A program made the position numbers and the translations under genes. From positions 10,494-74,493 of the IMG/VR virus record IMGVR_UViG_3300020036_011017: a stretch of 64,000 nucleotides of DNA, one strand, 5' to 3'. Source of the stretch: a virus (Duplodnaviria > Caudoviricetes). Every line of letters starts with the position of its first letter. The stretch's first letter is position 1. Below are positions 8,516 to 18,570 of the stretch, piece by piece. The notes beneath the pieces are model-generated. The model worked only from the letters and a program-made list of their open reading frames with translations, was not told the origin of the DNA and did no database searches.

Positions 8516-9457
8516 ATGTCAGGATTAGGAAAAGTACAAGAAGGCGGAGCAACTTTTTTAGTAGTTGCAGGTGGTTACATTTGGGATAAGAAAGCAGGTG
8601 AAGATCACCCAGACTATTCTACTCAAGATTTTGAAAAAGCAGATAAGACAACAGGCACTCGAAAAGGTGCTAGATATGGTGACTTAACTGGTAAGGTTGT
8701 AAAAGTTGCTTTTAGAACTCACGCAGAGTATGGAGAAAGCATCAATGTTACATTTAACGCTGGTGGAGAGCTTTACACTGTATCAATATCTACTAATAAT
8801 AGATATAGTCAAGATCTAATGAAGGCTTTACTTGTAATGGATCTTGAGAAAGTTCTTTTTATGAAGCCTTACGATTTTATCGATGCTAACAAAAAGAGAG
8901 CTCAAGGAATCTCCTTCAAACAGGATGGAGAAAAGTTAGATCTAAAAATTGAAGATGCTCCAAGTGAGGATGCTGAATTCTTCAAAAAAGCAGATAAGAA
9001 AAAAATCAAAAGATTTTTCGAAGATCTAAATGATTGGTTCATTGCTGAGGTAGAGGAAAAAGTTATTCCTTTTATCAAAGCTGATGACTCAGAAGAGCAA
9101 CCCGAAGAAAAAGCACCTGCAAAAGCACCAGCAAAAGTTGCTGAAAAAGTTACTGAAAAAGTTGCTGAAAAAGCACCAGCAAAAGTTGCTCCAAAGCCTG
9201 CAGAGAAAGAAGAGATTTCTGTATCTCCTATCGCTATGAAAAAGGTCTTAAGAGCTTATATAGCTGAAAACTATGAAGGTAAGGAATTGCCATCTCTTGA
9301 TAGAGAGACCTTAGAAGAATGGTATTCTCTATGTCTTCAAGAAGAAGAACTCCCATTCGAAGCTGAAACTGAAGAAGAAGAAACTGAAGAAGAAGAGGAA
9401 GGCGAATTATCTCAGGAAGAGCTAGATGCTCAGCTAGATGCTCTTGCAGAAGAATAA
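8516..9457 (+). CDS. Putative single-stranded DNA-binding protein
   Basis: Beta-rich N-terminal domain, Ala/Lys/Pro linker (KAPAKVAEKV repeats), extremely acidic C-terminal tail; recombination-operon context. Confidence 0.6.
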   Translation: MSGLGKVQEGGATFLVVAGGYIWDKKAGEDHPDYSTQDFEKADKTTGTRKGARYGDLTGKVVKVAFRTHAEYGESINVTFNAGGELYTVSISTNNRYSQDLMKALLVMDLEKVLFMKPYDFIDANKKRAQGISFKQDGEKLDLKIEDAPSEDAEFFKKADKKKIKRFFEDLNDWFIAEVEEKVIPFIKADDSEEQPEEKAPAKAPAKVAEKVTEKVAEKAPAKVAPKPAEKEEISVSPIAMKKVLRAYIAENYEGKELPSLDRETLEEWYSLCLQEEELPFEAETEEEETEEEEEGELSQEELDAQLDALAEE

Positions 9458-9475
9458 AAAGTTAAGAATTAAATC

Positions 9476-9500
9476 AAAGGCCTGCTTCTGTGGGCCTTTT
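9476..9500 (+). terminator. Rho-independent terminator
   Basis: AAAGGCC-TGCTTCTGT-GGGCCTTTT. Confidence 0.65.
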
Positions 9501-9514
9501 AAATTTTAAAAAAT

Positions 9515-9916
9515 ATGATTACAGCACATAAAGTAGAGAGAAAAGAGAGACTTAAAGTTAATATTAACTTCAAGTTTCCAAATCCTCATCTCCATAAATC
9601 TTATGAAGACAAGCGAAGACATTATTCTATGAAGGTAGATAAAGAGGATTTAGTCATTATTAATGAAGAATCAGTCTTATCAGAGAATCTACGTCTAAGA
9701 GCTCTGGTTGTTATTAAAAAGATGTTTGGCACTAAAATTGACTCTTCTCTAACTTATAGAGTAGGAGAGAATTTTGGCTTGCTAAGAATCGGTGATAACA
9801 CTCTTAGAGTATCTTTTTCTTTCAATGAAGATAATACTTTTGATGTTCTAGATAACTCTTCACATATCCTCCAAAGTAAGATCTTAGAGATTACAAAAAC
9901 AAATCAAGATGTCTAG
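9515..9916 (+). CDS. Hypothetical protein
   Basis: 133-aa ORF coupled to the next gene. Confidence 0.7.
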   Translation: MITAHKVERKERLKVNINFKFPNPHLHKSYEDKRRHYSMKVDKEDLVIINEESVLSENLRLRALVVIKKMFGTKIDSSLTYRVGENFGLLRIGDNTLRVSFSFNEDNTFDVLDNSSHILQSKILEITKTNQDV

Positions 9917-10943
9917 AAAGCCTCTTCTTGCTATCTTTAATGATGTCCACTTAGGTGTAGGCAATGAGGAGGAGGTACTAACTTCTGTTAAACATATTAT
10001 TGCTAATCTTTTAGAATGGAATATTAAAACTCTAGTTTGTGCTGGAGATATTTTTCATTCAAGAAGCAATCAGACTGAATCTGTTTTAGCTGCAGCAACT
10101 GAGATGTTTAATTTGATAAATAAAGCAGGTATTACGCTTATATTTTTTCCAGGGAATCACGATAAAACTAGCTACTTCTCATATAGCTCTTTTTTAGATG
10201 TCTATAAACTCTATCCAAATATTATCTTTACTGATAAACTTATGGAAATAGAGATAGGAGAAAAGAGTGTAACGCTTCTTCCTTTTTTTGATGACTCTAT
10301 GCTTGTTCCTATGATTGAAGAAGCTAAAGGAGGAGATCTTCTAATTAGCCATTTTGAAATGGCAGGTTCTTCACATTTAGGAAAGGTCAGTGAGAAGAAG
10401 AGCATAACAAAAAGATCTTTAAGAAAATGGAAAAAGACCTATTTAGGCCATTACCATAATACTCACGAGATTTCTAAGGATATAGTGCATCTGCCATCTC
10501 TTAGACAGTCAAGCTTTGGAGAAGATTCATTAAAAGGCTTCTCAATCATCTATGACGATTTGTCTTATGAGATTATCCAAGGAGTTTTTAGAAGATTCAA
10601 TAAAATTACTCTTAACATTGATGAGATTTCTAATGAGGATATATCTGAGCTTATTAGAGTTCACCAAGATAGCCCAAATGCTATCAGATTTGAATTCGTA
10701 GGAGAGGAGTCAAAGTTAAAAGCATTAGATAAGGAACAGTTCAAAGGAACAGGAATAGATCTAAAGTTAAAGTATGAGAAAAAGTATTCTGTAGAGGATA
10801 TTGAAAAGCCAATTCTTATTAAAAAGTTTGATAAAAATCTAATCTTTGAATCTTTTGAGAGATTCTGTGAAGAGAAGAATTATCCTCACGAAGAAGGCTT
10901 AGTTTTATTGAATGAATTTTTTAACAAAAGCAAAACAACTTAG
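9909..10943 (+). CDS. sbcD: SbcD/Mre11-like metallophosphoesterase nuclease subunit
   Basis: NDVH, AGDIF, PGNHD, SHFE and LGHYH motifs. Confidence 0.9.
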   Translation: MSRKPLLAIFNDVHLGVGNEEEVLTSVKHIIANLLEWNIKTLVCAGDIFHSRSNQTESVLAAATEMFNLINKAGITLIFFPGNHDKTSYFSYSSFLDVYKLYPNIIFTDKLMEIEIGEKSVTLLPFFDDSMLVPMIEEAKGGDLLISHFEMAGSSHLGKVSEKKSITKRSLRKWKKTYLGHYHNTHEISKDIVHLPSLRQSSFGEDSLKGFSIIYDDLSYEIIQGVFRRFNKITLNIDEISNEDISELIRVHQDSPNAIRFEFVGEESKLKALDKEQFKGTGIDLKLKYEKKYSVEDIEKPILIKKFDKNLIFESFERFCEEKNYPHEEGLVLLNEFFNKSKTT

Positions 10944-10944
10944 T

Positions 10945-11922
10945 ATGTCTGATAGAAAAGAAAGCAAAAATATAACAGCCGCTCTAGCTGCTTTAGATAA
11001 GCGATATGGAGAGAGAGTAGTATTGAAAATGGGAGATTCTAGCTCTGAGGTAGATACTATCTCATCTGGTCGACCAGATTTAGATGTAGCTCTAGGAGGA
11101 GGGTATGGAGTTGGTAAAATAATTGAGATCTTTGCAGAGTCAGCGTGTGGAAAAACTGGTCTAGCTTTAGAAGCTATTAAAGTAGTTCAAGATCTTGGAG
11201 GTATTGCAGCTGTGATAGATTCAGAGCACGCTCTTAATACTGATTACTGCGAACTGATTGGAATAGATATAGATGATCTCTACATCTGCCAACCATCTTT
11301 TGGAGAACAAGCTATTGAAGCTATTAGAGCCTTAATAGGTACAGGAGAAATTGACTTAATAGTTGTAGACTCTGTAGCTGCTATGGTACCAAAGGCTGAA
11401 TTAGAAGGAGAGTCAGGAGAAGCTAAAATTGCTCTACAGGCAAGAATGATGAGTCAAGGAATGAAGCTTATTACTGCAGCAGCATCTTCTGCAGGATGTA
11501 CTATTATGTTTATAAATCAACTTAGAAGTACTATAGCTATGTATGGCCCACCAAAGAATGTCTCTGGAGGTAATGCTTTAAAATTTTACTGCACTCAAAG
11601 GTTAGAAGTAAAGAATAAAGGCCAGATTAAAGAAGGAGAGGACGTAGTTGGATTTAAACAGCATATTACAGTTGTAAAAAACAAGATAGGGACTCCTTTT
11701 AAGTTCATTCAAAACGATATAGTCTATGGTGTAGGCGTAGATAAGATTGCAGGTCTTTTAGAAGCATTAATCTTTGAACAAATCATAGAGAAGAATGGTG
11801 GCTGGTATTCATACAAAGGATCTAAACTTGCCAATGGAATTAAGAAACTTAGAATTGTCTTCGAAGATAATCCTGAATTAGTAAAAGAATTGGAAGAGGC
11901 ATTGATTGAGGCTACAAAATAG
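10945..11922 (+). CDS. recA: RecA recombinase (probable start at Met 10945)
   Basis: ISSG...LDVALGGG, DSEHAL, QPSFGEQA, VDSVAA, FINQLR, GGNALKFY, KNK motifs. Confidence 0.95.
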   Translation: MSDRKESKNITAALAALDKRYGERVVLKMGDSSSEVDTISSGRPDLDVALGGGYGVGKIIEIFAESACGKTGLALEAIKVVQDLGGIAAVIDSEHALNTDYCELIGIDIDDLYICQPSFGEQAIEAIRALIGTGEIDLIVVDSVAAMVPKAELEGESGEAKIALQARMMSQGMKLITAAASSAGCTIMFINQLRSTIAMYGPPKNVSGGNALKFYCTQRLEVKNKGQIKEGEDVVGFKQHITVVKNKIGTPFKFIQNDIVYGVGVDKIAGLLEALIFEQIIEKNGGWYSYKGSKLANGIKKLRIVFEDNPELVKELEEALIEATK

Positions 11923-11932
11923 TCTTAATCTT

Positions 11933-12000
11933 CGTTTTACGCGATTATTTTATCTTCTTAATATCAAATATTATATTAAAAAATATAAGGTCTTAAAACA
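11933..12000. repeat. 68-bp imperfect palindromic element, copy B (overlaps a hairpin at about 11985-12020)
   Basis: CGTTTTACGCG...TAATATCAAATATTAT...GGTCTTAAAACA. Confidence 0.65.
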
Positions 12001-12056
12001 AAGATTTTAAGACCTTATTTAACTGATTAAGTTTATAAAAGAGTAATTTTAAAGAT

Positions 12057-14207
12057 ATGAAACTAGAAAGATTAATACTAAAAGATTTCCTTAGTTATGA
12101 AGAATTTGACTATTCTTTTGAATCTAAGCCTTTATTAGTTCAAGGACTAAATCTGTCAGATGATGGACAAAAAACTAATGGAGCAGGTAAGTCTGCTTTT
12201 TTAACAGGTGTAGAACAGCTAATAGCCTTTACCAATAGTAGAGGAGTTAACGATTCTGAGTTAATTGCTTATGGCAAGAAACAGGCTAATTTGCAATTAT
12301 TTGCTAGTTGTGATGTTAGAAAAGAAAGAATCCATATTGAGAGCACAATTAATCTAAAAGGATCTAATACGCTAATTGTTAAAATTAGAAAGTATGATTC
12401 TGAAAATTGGATTAATGCTAAATTTTCTACTGTCCCTGATGGTAAAAAATATGTCTCTGATTGGTTCGCAATTTCTAAAGAAGATCTATTTAATTACTTC
12501 ATTATAAATAATACTAGATTTAAGTCATTCTTTAAATCTTCTAACACTGAAAAAGTAGCTTTAATAAATCGCTTTTCAGATGCCAGCATTGTGCAAGGTA
12601 TTGAGAACTTAGATTTAGAAGATCTATTAAAAGAAGAAGAAGAAGCTAAGGTTTCAGTCAATTCTACATCTGGTAAAATTGATTTACTTACTAGCTCTCT
12701 TGAGAAAGAGAAAAATAGAGATTTTGAGGAAGAGCTTGAAGAAGAAGCAGAAGCTTTTGAAAAAGAGATAGACGATATTTTAGAGGAGGTAAATAATGAA
12801 AAAGAAAACATCTTATCTAAGTCTAAAACTAAACCAACTATTAAAGAGGAAATTAGTTCTTTTAAAGCTGAGATTGAAGAAATCAAAGAAGAGAGATCTT
12901 CAATTGAGGAAGAGATCAAAAAGATAGATTCAGAAGTAGAGAGTTCTTTAAAAGATGTTAGTTCAGCTAAAGATTTATTAGACAGTTTTAAAGCTGTAGA
13001 TTTTAAAGCTAAAAAAGATGCCTTTGAAGGTGATAAGCAAACTAAGAAATCAGAAGTAAGAGAGCTTAAAAATAAGAAGTCAGAAAATGAAGAGTCTAAA
13101 GAGAAGCTTTTAAAGCTAGTTAAAGGAATTGAAGTTAAGCTTAGTGGTACAATCACTTGTCCAAGTTGCAGTCATAAATTTATTTTAGATGGAGATCTAA
13201 AAGATTTAGAAGAAAAAAGAGCTAATGCTGAAAATCTGAAAGCTAAAGTAGATTTATTGATTAATAAGAGAAAGTCTTCAATCAATGAGATTTTAGAAAA
13301 CATTGAGCTAATTGAAGAGGAAATTTCTAAAATAAACTCTAAACAATCAGCTCAAAATGATAAGAAGAATAAGCTTTCTTCTTCTCTAAACTCTAGCACT
13401 GAATCTCTTAATAAAATTAAAGAAAAATTAGGCAAGAAAAAATTAGCTTTAGAATCTTTAGATTTAAAAGAATCAAAAAAGTTAGAGAAAATTAGAGTAT
13501 CTAATGAAAAGCTTTTAAAAGTAGATTCAGATATTGAAGCTATAAAAAACTCAATAAAGCTTAAAGATGAAAAAATCAAACTTATAGAGCAGCAAAAGCA
13601 ACAGCTTAAAAAAGGTGATAATAAGAAGCAAATTAAAGAACTTGAGAAAGATCTTTTATCCTATACATCTGAATTAGCCTTAAATCAAAAATCTCTATTA
13701 AAAGTAAAAGAAAAGTTAGATAATAAAAATCAATGGATCCAAAACTTTAAGCAGTTTAGAATGTATCTCGCAAATCAATCTCTAAGCGTTATTGAATACC
13801 ACTGCAATAGATATCTTCGAGAAATGAAATCTGATTTAGTTGTAAAAATTGAAGGCTTTAAAGTCCTTGCAGATGGAGCAATAAGAGAAGAAATTAATTG
13901 CTCTATTATTAGAAACTTTGAAAGGAACTTCTCTTCATTCAGTGGAGGTGAGAAAGGTAGATTATTATTTGCCTCTATTCTTGCTAATCGCTTTATGATA
14001 AATGAGACACATCCTTACGGAGGATTAGATTTCTTAGGCATAGATGAAGTATTTGAAGGAGTAGATTCTGAGGGTCTTGTTTCTTTAATAGATTCAGCAA
14101 AATTGCTATCAATACCAGTATTACTAATTACTCACGTCTCAGTTGAGGAGGACGATAATGTCTTAACCATAGTAAAAGAGAATGGCGTGTCTAGAATTAA
14201 AGATTAA
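12057..14207 (+). CDS. sbcC: SbcC/Rad50-like ABC ATPase
   Basis: Walker A NGAGKS, long coiled coil with zinc hook CPSC, signature FSGGEK, Walker B IDE, ITH loop. Confidence 0.92.
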   Translation: MKLERLILKDFLSYEEFDYSFESKPLLVQGLNLSDDGQKTNGAGKSAFLTGVEQLIAFTNSRGVNDSELIAYGKKQANLQLFASCDVRKERIHIESTINLKGSNTLIVKIRKYDSENWINAKFSTVPDGKKYVSDWFAISKEDLFNYFIINNTRFKSFFKSSNTEKVALINRFSDASIVQGIENLDLEDLLKEEEEAKVSVNSTSGKIDLLTSSLEKEKNRDFEEELEEEAEAFEKEIDDILEEVNNEKENILSKSKTKPTIKEEISSFKAEIEEIKEERSSIEEEIKKIDSEVESSLKDVSSAKDLLDSFKAVDFKAKKDAFEGDKQTKKSEVRELKNKKSENEESKEKLLKLVKGIEVKLSGTITCPSCSHKFILDGDLKDLEEKRANAENLKAKVDLLINKRKSSINEILENIELIEEEISKINSKQSAQNDKKNKLSSSLNSSTESLNKIKEKLGKKKLALESLDLKESKKLEKIRVSNEKLLKVDSDIEAIKNSIKLKDEKIKLIEQQKQQLKKGDNKKQIKELEKDLLSYTSELALNQKSLLKVKEKLDNKNQWIQNFKQFRMYLANQSLSVIEYHCNRYLREMKSDLVVKIEGFKVLADGAIREEINCSIIRNFERNFSSFSGGEKGRLLFASILANRFMINETHPYGGLDFLGIDEVFEGVDSEGLVSLIDSAKLLSIPVLLITHVSVEEDDNVLTIVKENGVSRIKD

Positions 14208-14209
14208 TT

Positions 14210-14806
14210 ATGAGTGAAGAAAAAAAACTAGCCTTTATAGGCATAGATCCAGGAAAGGCTGGCTTTGTTACTATTTATGATCCACAGACTTTAGAGTATG
14301 AATTTTTACCAATGCCTGAGCATAAGGTAGAGACAGGAAAAGCTCTAAAATCTGGTAAGCCAGAAATGAAGTCAGAATTCCACGTTGAAGGCTTTAGAGA
14401 TTTATTCTTTTATATCTATAAAAAGTATAAAGGATATGCTTTTATAGCTGCAATAGAAAAAGTAAATGGCAGACAAGGTTGGTCAGCTGAGAATAACTTT
14501 AACTTTGGACATACTGCAGGTCTGCAGATGATGCTCTTAGTAATGCTAAAAGCAGATATAGAATTAGTCACTCCACAAAAGTGGCAATCTGTAATTTATC
14601 AAGGCTATAAAAAAGTAATGATGCCTTCATCTACAGGGAAGACTTTAATTCACGATACAAAAGCTACATCAGCTATAGTAGCACAGGCTTTAGCTCCAAA
14701 CTTAGATTTTAGAAAAACTGAGAGATCAAGAGTTTTAGATGATAATAAGACTGATTCTTTTTTAATAACAGTCTATAGATATAGAAGATTTTTAAAAAAT
14801 AAATAA
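14210..14806 (+). CDS. RuvC-like Holliday junction resolvase
   Basis: FIGIDPGKAG, IEK, TPQKWQ and DNKTDS motifs of phage RuvC-like resolvases. Confidence 0.8.
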   Translation: MSEEKKLAFIGIDPGKAGFVTIYDPQTLEYEFLPMPEHKVETGKALKSGKPEMKSEFHVEGFRDLFFYIYKKYKGYAFIAAIEKVNGRQGWSAENNFNFGHTAGLQMMLLVMLKADIELVTPQKWQSVIYQGYKKVMMPSSTGKTLIHDTKATSAIVAQALAPNLDFRKTERSRVLDDNKTDSFLITVYRYRRFLKNK

Positions 14807-14964
14807 ATGATTGGAATCTATAAAATAACTAGCCCAACTTTTAAAATCTACATTGGACAAAGCATAGACTTAATTTATCACTAGCAAGCACAGGCAGAGT
14901 ATTTTCAGGAGAGACTAGAAGAAGAATGAGTGAAGCAAGACAGAGAAGAGAGCTAAAAAAATAA
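14807..14964 (+). pseudogene. Internally deleted GIY-YIG homing endonuclease remnant
   Basis: MIGIYKITSPTFKIYIGQSIDLIYH* followed, in another frame, by SGETRRRMSEARQRRELKK*; parallels the intact gene at 3805-4467. Confidence 0.8.
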
Positions 14965-14979
14965 GCCTTGTTTAATTTT

Positions 14980-15060
14980 TAAAAGTTTTTGCTATAAAGT
15001 TTGTTTAATAGAAATCTGCTACATATCTTTACAGAGTAGAAATTTAAAAACAAACAAATT
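14980..15060 (+). promoter_or_regulatory. Promoter/leader cassette, copy 2
   Basis: TTTG, 20 nt, TATCTTTACAGAGTAGAAATTTAAAAAC, then ATG at 15061. Confidence 0.8.
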
Positions 15061-15318
15061 ATGAAAGCTATTATTAATATCAGTAACAAACATAGTCAAT
15101 ACTCAAAATTTAATGGTTTAACTTTTGAAGTGATACAACTAACGAAAGATTCAGTAGGTTTAGTTGGAGTTAATCCCTTATACCCTAATGGTCAGACAGA
15201 TTTTCATTTTTCTGAAATTCTAATAGTTGATATTAAAAAAGAGCTTGAAGAAGACAAGTCTTATATTAGTTCAATAAAACTACTGAACTATCTACAAATT
15301 AAAAAAATTCAATTCTAA
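15061..15318 (+). CDS. Hypothetical protein
   Basis: 85-aa ORF behind cassette 2. Confidence 0.75.
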   Translation: MKAIINISNKHSQYSKFNGLTFEVIQLTKDSVGLVGVNPLYPNGQTDFHFSEILIVDIKKELEEDKSYISSIKLLNYLQIKKIQF

Positions 15319-15503
15319 TGTCAACAGAAGTAGAGATAGAAGAAGGAGACTCAGTAAAATGGGTCTCTTATGAAGATAAGAAATATAGAGGAACAGCTTT
15401 AAAAGATAGAGGCAAAAAATTCTTAGTTCAAGTTACACACATTGAAAAGCAGAAGACTTTTAGATATGTAGAAGTAGCAATAGAAAAATTAAAAAAGCAA
15501 TAA
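15318..15503 (+). CDS. Small hypothetical protein
   Basis: 61 aa, translationally coupled (TAATG). Confidence 0.65.
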   Translation: MSTEVEIEEGDSVKWVSYEDKKYRGTALKDRGKKFLVQVTHIEKQKTFRYVEVAIEKLKKQ

Positions 15504-15504
15504 T

Positions 15505-15684
15505 ATGTCTAAAACAACTAATTTTATCATAGCTCTAATTTACGTAACTGTCTTATGCAGTTTTATAGCTAAAATCTCAATCTCAATTAGCCCATTAAAA
15601 ATCTCTTTTGATAGACCTATTTTAGGACTTATTATTTGGGCTATTTCAACTGTATCGCTTGTCTTTATGACACTAAAAAAATAA
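15505..15684 (+). CDS. Small membrane protein (59 aa, not in the ORF track)
   Basis: MSKTTNFIIALIYVTVLCSFIAK...LGLIIWAISTVSLVFMTLKK; two hydrophobic segments; fills the gap before thyA. Confidence 0.55.
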   Translation: MSKTTNFIIALIYVTVLCSFIAKISISISPLKISFDRPILGLIIWAISTVSLVFMTLKK

Positions 15685-15686
15685 CT

Positions 15687-16574
15687 ATGAAAAAAATATC
15701 TAAAGCAGATAAATACTTTATTGAAACCTTAAGAGAGGTAAGAGATAATGGAGAATGGGATGATAACCCCAGACCAAGTTGGAGCGATGGCGAACCAGCC
15801 TTTAGCAAGTTCATTACTCAAAAAAGTTTTGACTATAGAATTGATAAAGGAGAGTTGCCAATTGTCAGCTTAAGACCTACAGCTATTAAAGGTGGTTGGT
15901 ATGATATGGAAGCTATCTATCAGAAACAAACTAATATAGTTGAAGAGATGAATCCACTAATCCAGCCATGGTGGAAACCATTTTCAAGAGAATTTGGAGA
16001 TGAAGTAGGCTTTCTTGGACACTCAATAGGCCAAACCTATGGCCATACAGTGAAGAGATACAATTTAATGAATAAGTTGCTTAAGAAACTTGAGAATGAT
16101 AAATTTTCGAGAAGGCACATTATGAGTCTATGGCAAGAACAACAGATGGTAGAAGATCCAAAAGCTTTAGTGCCTTGTGCTTATGAAACTCTTTGGAGCT
16201 GTTCAGATCTAATAAATGGAGAAGTAGCAATTGATTTAACTCTTAATCAGAGAAGTCAAGATTTTATAGTTACCGCTTCAATTAATCCAATGCAATACGT
16301 AATGCTTGGAATGGCAGTATGCTCTCATCTATCCTTTCATACAGGAAGAGAACATAATTTAAGAAACTTCAAGTACAACGTTCAAAATCTGCATATTTAC
16401 GACAGACATATCTTTGCTATAAATGAGCTTTTAGAAAGAACACCTCAAAGTGAACCTATTAAGATCTCATTACCAGTAAAGAAAGATTTCTATAATATCA
16501 CTTTAGAAGACTTTATTATTGATATTCCATTTATGATAGAGCCTTTATCAAAGAAACTTGAAATAGCTGTCTAA
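15687..16574 (+). CDS. thyA: Thymidylate synthase (probable start at Met 15687)
   Basis: GQTYG, SRRHIMSLW, LVPC, NQRSQD and NLHIYDRH motifs. Confidence 0.92.
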   Translation: MKKISKADKYFIETLREVRDNGEWDDNPRPSWSDGEPAFSKFITQKSFDYRIDKGELPIVSLRPTAIKGGWYDMEAIYQKQTNIVEEMNPLIQPWWKPFSREFGDEVGFLGHSIGQTYGHTVKRYNLMNKLLKKLENDKFSRRHIMSLWQEQQMVEDPKALVPCAYETLWSCSDLINGEVAIDLTLNQRSQDFIVTASINPMQYVMLGMAVCSHLSFHTGREHNLRNFKYNVQNLHIYDRHIFAINELLERTPQSEPIKISLPVKKDFYNITLEDFIIDIPFMIEPLSKKLEIAV

Positions 16575-16918
16575 TGAAATTAGAACAAATTACTCTAAAG
16601 AATATTAAGAGTTTCATTCAAGGCCACGCAAGAGCTTATCTTGATAAAATTAAATTGCTCCCTGAATATACTAGGGAGCAAGTTTTTTATAGAATATGGA
16701 TCTGTAGAGATACGTGTATTCCATCAGGTAAGTGCCAAATCTGTACTTGCTCAGCTATTAAAAAATCTTATGCGACAGCAAGTTGCAATCTAAGCAAGTT
16801 TCCAGATCTTATGTCTGAATCTGAATGGGATTTATTTAAGCTTAAAAATAACATTGATAGCAAAGCGCTTTCTACAATCTTAGATGAGGTAGATAAAATC
16901 TTTTCTAAAAATTCTTAG
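16574..16918 (+). CDS. Hypothetical Cys-rich (putative zinc-binding) protein
   Basis: C-x3-C-x4-C-x2-C-x-C cluster. Confidence 0.65.
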   Translation: MKLEQITLKNIKSFIQGHARAYLDKIKLLPEYTREQVFYRIWICRDTCIPSGKCQICTCSAIKKSYATASCNLSKFPDLMSESEWDLFKLKNNIDSKALSTILDEVDKIFSKNS

Positions 16919-16970
16919 CTAAATAGTTGTGTAATAGAAAATAGCTACTTACATTTACAGAGTAGTTGCA
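16916..16970 (+). promoter_or_regulatory. Promoter cassette variant, copy 3
   Basis: TAGCTAAATAGTTGTGTAATAGAAAATAGCTACTTACATTTACAGAGTAG. Confidence 0.65.
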
Positions 16971-17258
16971 ATGAAGCAATTATTAAATCTTACTATTATG
17001 TCTGCATATTCTGACCAAACGTTTTCAAACTTACTAAATGTAGCTTCTTTTAGAACTAAAACATTAGATAGCTTAACTGTTAAGAATAGAATTGAAGTAT
17101 CATCTGCAATAGAGCGTTATACATCTTTGAATAAAGAACGTTTATCTATAGTTGGAAAATTGTATGGTAGTAAGAAATATCAAGCGATTGACGAGAAGTT
17201 ATTTACAAGTATGAAGACTCTAAGAGAAAAAATCGAATCAATACTTAATCTATATTAA
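16971..17258 (+). CDS. Hypothetical protein
   Basis: 95-aa ORF behind cassette 3. Confidence 0.65.
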   Translation: MKQLLNLTIMSAYSDQTFSNLLNVASFRTKTLDSLTVKNRIEVSSAIERYTSLNKERLSIVGKLYGSKKYQAIDEKLFTSMKTLREKIESILNLY

Positions 17259-17260
17259 TT

Positions 17261-17485
17261 ATGAAAAAATTATTTTTAATTGCTATTTTAGCAATATTAT
17301 CAAGCTGCTCAAATGATGAGCAAAGCAGTTGCCCAAAAGTAGCAGAAAAAAGAATAGACAAAAATGTCTCTCCTTCAAAGTTTTATGTTACTCTTAGTAA
17401 TGGACAAACCTCAGGAGTTTCTTATGCTAAATATAATTCTCTAAATATTGGAGATGAAGTTTGCACTATTTTAAACTATAACTAA
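17261..17485 (+). CDS. Small lipoprotein
   Basis: MKKLFLIAILAILSSC signal peptide with lipobox. Confidence 0.7.
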   Translation: MKKLFLIAILAILSSCSNDEQSSCPKVAEKRIDKNVSPSKFYVTLSNGQTSGVSYAKYNSLNIGDEVCTILNYN

Positions 17486-18564
17486 TGAGCAATCTACTAA
17501 AGAATTTCCGCCCAAATCTAATACCAAATAATCCAAAAGATAGTTCCTTTGACTTACATAAAACCATTATGAAAAATGGTGGCTACAGCAAGTATCTTAT
17601 CAATAAGAAGAAAGATGGAGTTAGATTACAGTTAATTGATGCTCTAGTTCTTTCAAGAGCTTTAAAGATACCAGGGAGCAAGTTAGTAGTTGAGAGATTC
17701 CAAGAAACTGCCATTGAGTTAAAAAGACTTAATATTGCAGTTGATGGAGAATTCTATATGCACGGAATTAAGTTCAATGCTATCTTTAGATTTTTTACTA
17801 AAGAGAATGTAGAATCACTTGACTACCATATTGAGCTAACAAAAGCTTTTAGAAAAGATCCTATTAAGTTTAAAAAGGATTATGATGGTCTAAGCATTGA
17901 TTTTTTAACTAACTTTCATTCTGATCTAAAGATCCACATTTTTGATGGAATTATTCTTGATAGACAAGATTTAGTAGGTTATGAAGAGAGAATGAATGAA
18001 GTGAAAAAGAGAATCAATTCTTCTAGTATTGCAGGAAATGTCTTTCTAACTATATCTAAGCCTTATAAAGTAAATTCTAAAGAAGAATTAGATGCTCTAT
18101 ATGAAGAGGCTTTAGAGGAAGACTATGAAGGTCTAGTTCTAACTCACATTGAGCACGAATACAAGTTTGGAAGAAATAGTCTTAATCAAGGAACTCTTTT
18201 AAAAATGAAAGATGATGCCTTGGAGTATGATGCAGTAATTCTAAATGTAATGGAAGGCACTTCAGTTAAAGAAGGCACAGAGACAACAGTTAGTAAGCTT
18301 GGTTATTCAGAAACATCTAAGAAAAAAGATGATAGAGAATTCTCAGGTTTAGCAAAGGGATTTTTAGTATCTTATTCAAAAGAAGATGGAACAGATCTTG
18401 GCACCTTCACAGTTGGTTTAAATGGTTTTGATAATGAAGCTAAGAGAGAATTATTAAGTAATAAAGAAAGCTATATTGGCAGACATTTTACTTATACAGG
18501 AATGGCTCCAGTAAAAGATTTTCCAAGACACGCTTTCTTCAAGAATTGGAGAGATGAAAAATAG
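17485..18564 (+). CDS. ATP-dependent DNA ligase
   Basis: KKDGVR (motif I), VDGEF, HIFD, YEGLV, LLKMK and a C-terminal OB fold. Confidence 0.9.
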   Translation: MSNLLKNFRPNLIPNNPKDSSFDLHKTIMKNGGYSKYLINKKKDGVRLQLIDALVLSRALKIPGSKLVVERFQETAIELKRLNIAVDGEFYMHGIKFNAIFRFFTKENVESLDYHIELTKAFRKDPIKFKKDYDGLSIDFLTNFHSDLKIHIFDGIILDRQDLVGYEERMNEVKKRINSSSIAGNVFLTISKPYKVNSKEELDALYEEALEEDYEGLVLTHIEHEYKFGRNSLNQGTLLKMKDDALEYDAVILNVMEGTSVKEGTETTVSKLGYSETSKKKDDREFSGLAKGFLVSYSKEDGTDLGTFTVGLNGFDNEAKRELLSNKESYIGRHFTYTGMAPVKDFPRHAFFKNWRDEK

Positions 18565-18570
18565 TCTAGT

